Below, one piece after another: positions 62,001 to 64,000 of a stretch of DNA of 64,000 bases (position 1 is its first letter; each line of letters starts with the position of its first letter). A program made the translations under genes and the position numbers. The stretch comes from Octopus sinensis (taxonomy: Eukaryota). A model generated the notes under the pieces. The model saw nothing but the letters and a program-made list of their open reading frames with translations, did not search any database and was not told the DNA's origin. The stretch is taken from NCBI RefSeq assembly GCF_006345805.1, contig NC_043003.1:39556001-39620000 (forward strand), read 5' to 3'.

Positions 62001-62720
62001 TCATACCCAAATTCTTCTAATTCTATTCTACTTTCACTTACCTTTCTTTCCAGCTCCACACTAGTTGCTTCCATCCACTTTTGTATAATGCAAGCAACCA
62101 AGTATCTCCTCTACAGAAAGAAACCTGATCCAGCCCTTCCTTTCATACTTTGACCTTTCATCACCAAGCATACATAAAGCTGCCTGCCTCTCTAGTGTAG
62201 TGCCATTCAGCCAAACGGGATCTTATTCTTGCAAGCTAGATGGCAGCTCTACGAATGGAAAAGGCACCTTTTCCATTAGTGTAAAGTTGTTGGCATTAAG
62301 AAGGGCATCTAACCACAGACGCTAAGCCAATGCAGACAATGGAGCACAATGCAGTCCTCCTGTCAGATCCCATCAATCTGTGTAACCCTAGCCAGCATGG
62401 CAGATGGAGGTTAGGAGGAGGAGGAGGAAATGGCAGCAGCAGTGGTAGCAACAGCAGTGACAGTGGCAGCAGCAATGACAACAATCCTCTATTTTGACTT
62501 TCTCATCTTCTCTCTTTTTCTCCTCATCCTGTCTCCTATTCCCACCTCTAGCTCACCCTCAATACCCAGTAAGCCCTAAAACACAAAAGCCACAATTCAT
62601 CTTACCATGAACATCGATGACAATCAATGCTCCAAGTGTTATACGGGCCCCACTGCTTAGTTTTGATCTAACAAGTTCCACTATTTCATCAATCTGCTCA
62701 TTACTTTTCCTGAGGTAGTC
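3839..62720 (-). CDS. DNAH3: Axonemal dynein heavy chain, DNAH3-like (partial gene; 17 exons, ~1011 codons, linker end to just past AAA3); continues beyond both window ends
   Basis: All 17 exons have GT-AG ends and compatible phases. Motifs: GPAGTGKT and CFDEFNR (AAA1), GEPLGGKT (AAA2), GPTGTGKS and FVDDLNMP (AAA3). Segments such as [32 protein letters not shown] and WHFGRGF match my recollection of DNAH3 better than DNAH7/12. The paralogue call needs a tree. Confidence 0.9.
4706..5107 (+). mobile_element. SINE family B dimer (full monomer plus truncated monomer) with 19-bp TSD
   Basis: Head GGCGAGCTGGCAGAA...GAGTTCAAATTCC; TSD 4687-4705 / 5108-5126 with 1 mismatch. Confidence 0.85.
6743..7065 (-). 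mobile_element. SINE family D (tRNA head GGAGGCACAATGGCCTAGTGGTTAGGGCAG), TSD CCATCAGT
   Basis: A and B boxes; TSD 6735-6742 / 7064-7071; A-rich tail. Confidence 0.85.
7126..7311 (-). CDS. DNAH3: DNAH3-like exon 16 (186 nt): [23 protein letters not shown]...WHFGRGF...MGK
   Basis: ttgtag acceptor, gtaag donor; ORF 7096..7311. Confidence 0.95.
8626..8835 (-). mobile_element. Helitron Pif1-helicase C-terminal remnant
   Basis: [19 protein letters not shown]...[12 protein letters not shown]...IVHKEVL, the typical Rep-Hel C-terminus. Confidence 0.85.
8960..9757. mobile_element. Cluster of non-autonomous Helitron-like 5' modules with internal repeats and a fold-back
   Basis: Repeated TC(T)TACTATAATGGG...GTCTGTCTG starts at about 9300 (+), 9420 (-) and 9757 (-); repeated AATATCCACTAAATAATCA units. 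Confidence 0.5.
9769..9952 (-). CDS. DNAH3: DNAH3-like exon 15 (184 nt): AAA3 Walker [10 protein letters not shown]...[29 protein letters not shown]
   Basis: ttctag acceptor, gtaagt donor; ORF 9661..9975. Confidence 0.97.
10061..10615 (+). mobile_element. Internally deleted mariner, 555 bp, with TIRs and TA TSD
   Basis: TIR TTGGGTTGTCTGGAAAGTTCGTGCCGATTT / AAATCGGCGCAAACTTTGTGGACAACCCAA; transposase N- and C-terminal remnants. Confidence 0.92.
11331..11627. mobile_element. Fold-back insertion with 12-bp TSD (TAACTTAGATGT), possibly Penelope-like derived
   Basis: About 92-bp inverted arms 11388-11479 / 11534-11624; TSD 11319-11330 / 11628-11639. Confidence 0.65.
14046..14425 (+). mobile_element. 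Non-autonomous Helitron
   Basis: 5' TC start; 3' CCCGAGCAATGCCGGG hairpin, then CTAG followed by T. Confidence 0.75.
14520..14977 (+). mobile_element. Repeat ending in an RTE-type tail with a duplicated GGAAGGGCATCCAGCTGT box
   Basis: Related copy in reverse at about 24880-25340; ends TTAAACGATGATGA. Confidence 0.6.
17037..17117 (-). CDS. DNAH3: DNAH3-like exon 14 (81 nt): [26 protein letters not shown]
   Basis: ttacag acceptor, gtagg donor; NFSART motif; phase 2/2. Confidence 0.95.
17570..18070 (+). mobile_element. Old degenerate RTE RT fragment (same lineage as the 34.5-41 kb LINEs)
   Basis: [37 protein letters not shown] remnants. Confidence 0.75.
18087..18478 (-). mobile_element. SINE family A, full length, reverse
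   Basis: Reverse complement of the family A consensus. Confidence 0.88.
18490..19135 (+). mobile_element. RTE-derived remnant: GC-rich 5'UTR-like segment joined to an ORF C-terminus with a degenerate C2H2
   Basis: KKSLQKC...[18 protein letters not shown]...CLVCSCHC...GLTSCMKVH resembles RTE C-termini. Confidence 0.6.
19211..19610 (+). mobile_element. SINE family A, full length
   Basis: Family A head, body and tail. Confidence 0.88.
20621..20778 (-). CDS. DNAH3: DNAH3-like exon 13 (158 nt): AAA3 Walker A, VSELIIPT...[17 protein letters not shown]
   Basis: tttag acceptor, gtaag donor. Confidence 0.96.
21328..21453 (-). CDS. DNAH3: DNAH3-like exon 12 (126 nt): [26 protein letters not shown]...PSNAK
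   Basis: ttacag acceptor, gtaatt donor; FPERG motif; phase 0/0. Confidence 0.93.
21550..22810 (+). mobile_element. Decayed Hsmar1/cecropia-like mariner, transposase frameshifted (21727-22752)
   Basis: MDKKQI...GRKAAET...[29 protein letters not shown]; TIRs eroded. Confidence 0.9.
22930..23365 (+). mobile_element. Second mariner lineage, internally deleted, with stops
   Basis: [13 protein letters not shown]...EWQEHFK joined to EFIP*GQIVN...ILHNGN...HPP. Confidence 0.75.
23623..23952 (+). mobile_element. SINE family B with a 5' templated 90-bp insert; 16-bp TSD
   Basis: TSD TATATTAATTAGACTG 23607-23622 / 23953-23968. Confidence 0.85.
23979..24140 (-). CDS. DNAH3: DNAH3-like exon 11 (162 nt): [19 protein letters not shown]...KPKSCKITK
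   Basis: tttcag acceptor, gtaagt donor; ORF 23961..24194. Confidence 0.95.
24170..24475 (-). mobile_element. Mariner 5' fragment
   Basis: [16 protein letters not shown]...DQPCSG...MNENIMKI. Confidence 0.7.
26172..26252 (-). ncRNA. Degenerate minimal type-I hammerhead ribozyme motif
   Basis: GAC-CUGAAGA-G...U-GAAA-C-ACGU-GUA-AUC; stems I and II partly broken; paralogue of 29789-29885. Confidence 0.5.
26385..27130 (-). mobile_element. Internally deleted Helitron (Rep N-terminal remnant plus 3' CTAG end)
   Basis: [11 protein letters not shown] and [15 protein letters not shown]...PQFLQIYL; 3' ...GCAATGCCAGG...CTAG at about 26385. Confidence 0.75.
28150..29400 (+). mobile_element. Penelope-like element reverse transcriptase, frameshifted
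   Basis: [55 protein letters not shown]...SIPYSQFL. Confidence 0.88.
29789..29885 (+). ncRNA. Minimal type-I hammerhead ribozyme in the PLE 3'/pLTR region; predicted cleavage after A29882
   Basis: Stem I GAC/GUC; core CUGAAGA; 9-bp stem II GUGGCUAUA/UAUAGUCAU; GAAA; 2-bp stem III with palindromic ACGCGU; GUA triplet. Confidence 0.65.
31150..31428 (+). mobile_element. SINE family A, 5'-truncated
   Basis: Family A body and tail. Confidence 0.75.
31505..32775 (-). mobile_element. Tc1-like DD34E transposon, full length (1271 bp), decayed ORF
   Basis: 28-bp TIRs CAGG(A/G)GTT..ACAAAATAATGGAAACAC; TA TSD; [46 protein letters not shown]. Confidence 0.93.
33078..33546 (+). mobile_element. SINE family A with expanded internal microsatellite
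   Basis: Family A head and tail. Confidence 0.82.
33753..34151 (-). CDS. DNAH3: DNAH3-like exon 10 (399 nt): [10 protein letters not shown]...[13 protein letters not shown]...LTSQQ
   Basis: ttatag acceptor, gtaag donor; ORF 33699..34142. Confidence 0.97.
34258..34430 (+). mobile_element. SINE family A 5' half, cut off at its internal microsatellite by a LINE
   Basis: Head intact; 3' half not found nearby. Confidence 0.8.
34561..38410 (-). mobile_element. Near full-length RTE-clade LINE (APE endonuclease plus RT with embedded PHD-like finger), frameshifted
   Basis: [47 protein letters not shown], (GAT)n tail. Confidence 0.93.
38493..40976 (-). mobile_element. 5'-truncated RTE LINE, second subfamily (RT plus long 3'UTR with tandem modules)
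   Basis: [49 protein letters not shown] end REKTRQDK*, (GAT)n tail. Confidence 0.93.
41001..42200 (-). mobile_element. Probable non-autonomous Helitron-like repeat with GA/CT microsatellites
   Basis: Minus-strand ACCCAATGGGT hairpin plus CTAG end at about 41001; the 41400-41500 segment resembles 27390-27600. Confidence 0.4.
42310..42605 (-). mobile_element. SINE family E
   Basis: tRNA-like head GTGGTTAG...GTGAGTTCAATTCC; paralogue at 47745-48052. Confidence 0.75.
42606..42830 (+). mobile_element. SINE family A 3' half, degenerate
   Basis: CCCGTAACTTAGTGGTTC...AAATGACAGAAACAAGTAAAA. Confidence 0.7.
42873..43003 (-). CDS. DNAH3: DNAH3-like exon 9 (131 nt): [10 protein letters not shown]...[26 protein letters not shown]
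   Basis: cccag acceptor, gttag donor; ORF 42804..43019. Confidence 0.97.
43286..45953. repeat. Long inverted repeat: arms 43286-44137 and 45081-45953, ~940-bp spacer
   Basis: Arm 2 is the reverse complement of arm 1; 2 mismatches in a 178-bp core segment I aligned. Confidence 0.95.
44166..44561 (+). mobile_element. SINE family A, full length, inside the spacer of the long inverted repeat
   Basis: Family A head, body and tail. Confidence 0.88.
46495..46714 (+). mobile_element. piggyBac-type MITE, 220 bp, TTAA TSD
   Basis: TTAA|CCCTTTAGCATT ... AATACTAAAGGT|TTAA. Confidence 0.75.
46860..47200 (-). mobile_element. SINE with E-type head and a different 3' body; 12-bp TSD AAACTTACTATT
   Basis: A box TGGCTCAGTCG, B box GTTCGAATCC; TSD 46848-59 / 47201-12. 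Confidence 0.87.
47395..47617 (-). CDS. DNAH3: DNAH3-like exon 8 (223 nt): AAA2 P-loop, [22 protein letters not shown]...[23 protein letters not shown]
   Basis: ttgcag acceptor, gtaag donor; ORF 47369..47773. Confidence 0.97.
47745..48052 (-). mobile_element. SINE family E
   Basis: Paralogue of 42310-42605. Confidence 0.78.
48620..49010 (-). mobile_element. Highly degenerate RTE 3' fragment
   Basis: Remnants of the [11 protein letters not shown] region and tail. Confidence 0.5.
49179..49331 (-). CDS. DNAH3: DNAH3-like exon 7 (153 nt): [15 protein letters not shown]...WFLDKIIQ
   Basis: gacag acceptor, gtagg donor; in frame with its neighbours. Confidence 0.96.
49541..49750 (+). repeat. Degenerate (CCCTAA)n telomere-like tract
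   Basis: Many CCCTAA/CCTAA/CACTAA units. Confidence 0.8.
49886..50284 (+). mobile_element. Non-autonomous Helitron sharing its 3' end with 14046-14425
   Basis: Identical ATAGTTATTTCCCTTACAAACCCGAGCAATGCCGGGCGATACTGCTAG terminus. Confidence 0.75.
50288..50527 (-). mobile_element. CR1/L2-type LINE 3' end
   Basis: [23 protein letters not shown]..., 3'UTR and (ATT)n tail. Confidence 0.75.
50930..51205 (+). mobile_element. RTE-type 3' tail fragment with (GAT)n
   Basis: GGTTGCCATTAGCAAGGGCATCCAG box and tail. Confidence 0.7.
51264..51465 (-). CDS. DNAH3: DNAH3-like exon 6 (202 nt): [33 protein letters not shown]...[10 protein letters not shown]
   Basis: ttccag acceptor, gtaaaa donor; ORF 50964..51449. 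Confidence 0.97.
51815..53818 (+). repeat. ~1.0-kb near-identical tandem duplication, each unit with SINE B, a mariner-MITE fragment and a hairpin
   Basis: Offset 999-1003 bp; breakpoints in (TA)n tracts. Confidence 0.95.
51834..52066 (+). mobile_element. SINE family B (second copy 52837-53069)
   Basis: Full consensus with AATAAAGAAATA end. Confidence 0.88.
54282..54373 (-). CDS. DNAH3: DNAH3-like exon 5 (92 nt): [30 protein letters not shown]
   Basis: tttcag acceptor, gtaag donor; contains the LFR arginine-finger region. Confidence 0.96.
54745..55226 (+). mobile_element. RTE 3'UTR fragment (second-subfamily type) with 4 degenerate modules
   Basis: Colinear with 38493-39060 in reverse. Confidence 0.75.
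55448..55523 (-). ncRNA. Hammerhead-like motif with core variant CAGAUGA (U4A)
   Basis: Stem I GUCU/AGAC; GAAAC-GGCU-GUA; stem II weak. Confidence 0.45.
55877..55919 (+). ncRNA. Minimal type-I hammerhead motif (43 nt)
   Basis: 6-bp stem I UCCAGA/UCUGGA; CUGAUGA; stem II GAG/CUC; GAAA; AUC triplet (stem III C-A mismatch). Confidence 0.55.
56152..56870. repeat. Inverted repeat, arms ~280 bp (56152-56429 / 56594-56870)
   Basis: Reverse-complement alignment by eye, roughly 85-90% identity. Confidence 0.88.
57130..57300 (-). mobile_element. SINE family A 5' half, degenerate, reverse
   Basis: Head and body remnants. Confidence 0.65.
57377..57682 (-). mobile_element. SINE with D-type head and an alternative 3' tail; 12-bp TSD AAATAGTCACAT
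   Basis: TSD 57365-76 / 57683-94. Confidence 0.87.
57888..58178 (-). CDS. DNAH3: DNAH3-like exon 4 (291 nt): [12 protein letters not shown]...CFDEFNRI...[18 protein letters not shown] (AAA1 Walker B/sensor I)
   Basis: taaaag acceptor, gttag donor; ORF 57861..58136. Confidence 0.97.
59476..59584 (-). CDS. DNAH3: DNAH3-like exon 3 (109 nt): AAA1 Walker [37 protein letters not shown]
   Basis: cacag acceptor, gtaag donor; overlaps ORF 59386..59580. Confidence 0.97.
60407..60961 (+). mobile_element. Second 555-bp deleted mariner (same family as 10061-10615)
   Basis: Same TIRs, TA TSD, same length and deletion junctions. Confidence 0.92.
61123..61529 (+). mobile_element. SINE family A, full length
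   Basis: Family A head, body and tail. Confidence 0.88.
61553..61748 (-). CDS. DNAH3: DNAH3-like exon 2 (196 nt): [11 protein letters not shown]...QLRYYW...[23 protein letters not shown]
   Basis: tacag acceptor, gtaag donor; hallmark [18 protein letters not shown] motif. Confidence 0.96.
62606..62720 (-). CDS. DNAH3: DNAH3-like exon 1 in window (115 nt, phase 0 to 1): [38 protein letters not shown]
   Basis: Acceptor ttgcag at 62721-22; donor gtaag at 62601-05; absent from the ORF track. Confidence 0.95.
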
Positions 62721-62834
62721 CTGCAAATAAAACAAGCGACAAGTTCACATAGAGACTGCAACAATGTTAACCATAAAGCACTACCTAGCAATTGTAAAAA
62801 AATACTTTGTTTATTTTATAGACATGCCCCGACA

Positions 62835-63481
<647 letters not shown>

Positions 63482-63609
63482 CTGAAGGATGACCTCAGAT
63501 GCTGATCCTTTCAGACGAGACAACAAGGGACCAAGATACCTGGTGCCTTGTTGTTCTCAAGAAGTTTTGTACTCCTCAGAAGAAGTGTCAAGACTGCTTC
63601 ATCTGGCGG

Positions 63610-63842
63610 AAAGGATTGGCCTGCATCAGTCTTGTGCTGGTGCCATGTAAAAAAACTCTTGTATCAGAGCCATGTAAAAGCATCCTGCACACTCTGTAAA
63701 GTGGTTGGCATTAGGAAGGACATGCAGCTGTAGAAACCATTCCAAAACAGACAGGAGCCTGGAGTTGCTCTCCAGCTAGCCAGCTCTGGTCAACTGTCCA
63801 ATCCATTTCAGCATGGAAAATGGACATTAAATGATGATAATG
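63610..63842 (+). mobile_element. Degenerate RTE-type 3' tail
   Basis: GGTTGGCATTAGGAAGG...CAGCTGTAGAAA box; ATTAAATGATGAT end. Confidence 0.65.
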
Positions 63843-64000
63843 AGGAGGAGAAGAGGAGGAGGTGGAGGAGGAGGAGATGAGGTGGAGGAGGAGGAGATGA
63901 GGTGGAGGAGGAGGAGGAGGTTAATAGTGATGGTGACAGCGACAATGGTGGTGATGGTGATGATTACAGTGATAACAATGATGATGGCAGTGGTGGTGGT
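63843..64000 (+). repeat. (GAG/GGA/GAT/GGT)n low-complexity tract
   Basis: Read directly from the sequence. Confidence 0.85.

Noticed and set aside
6500-62480. Degenerate trinucleotide tracts near many exons
   Set aside because: Such tracts are abundant throughout the window; enrichment cannot be shown by eye

Overview
Eukaryotic, AT-rich, microsatellite-dense genomic DNA. The SINE and microsatellite landscape looks like octopus/coleoid cephalopod (inference). The window lies inside one minus-strand gene, an axonemal inner-arm dynein heavy chain most similar to DNAH3. I traced 17 consecutive GT-AG exons (62720 down to 3839; 3035 nt, about 1011 codons) whose phases all join in frame, covering the end of the linker, AAA1, AAA2 and AAA3 and the region just after it. 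The introns (about 95% of the window) are a TE mosaic: at least four tRNA-headed SINE families, two large RTE-clade LINEs plus fragments, a Penelope-like RT, CR1, Tc1, several mariners, a piggyBac-type MITE and Helitron pieces. The most interesting signals are: (1) a complete C4HC3 PHD-type finger inserted inside the RT domain of the RTE LINEs; (2) four minimal type-I hammerhead ribozyme motifs in Penelope-like sequence; (3) many intronic fold-backs, including an ~850-bp near-perfect inverted repeat, a perfect 72-bp palindrome and a 101-nt hairpin; (4) three TSD- or junction-defined footprints of RT template jumping. Exon boundaries were read to the base. Most repeat boundaries are by eye (about +/-10-30 bp), and no database searches were run.
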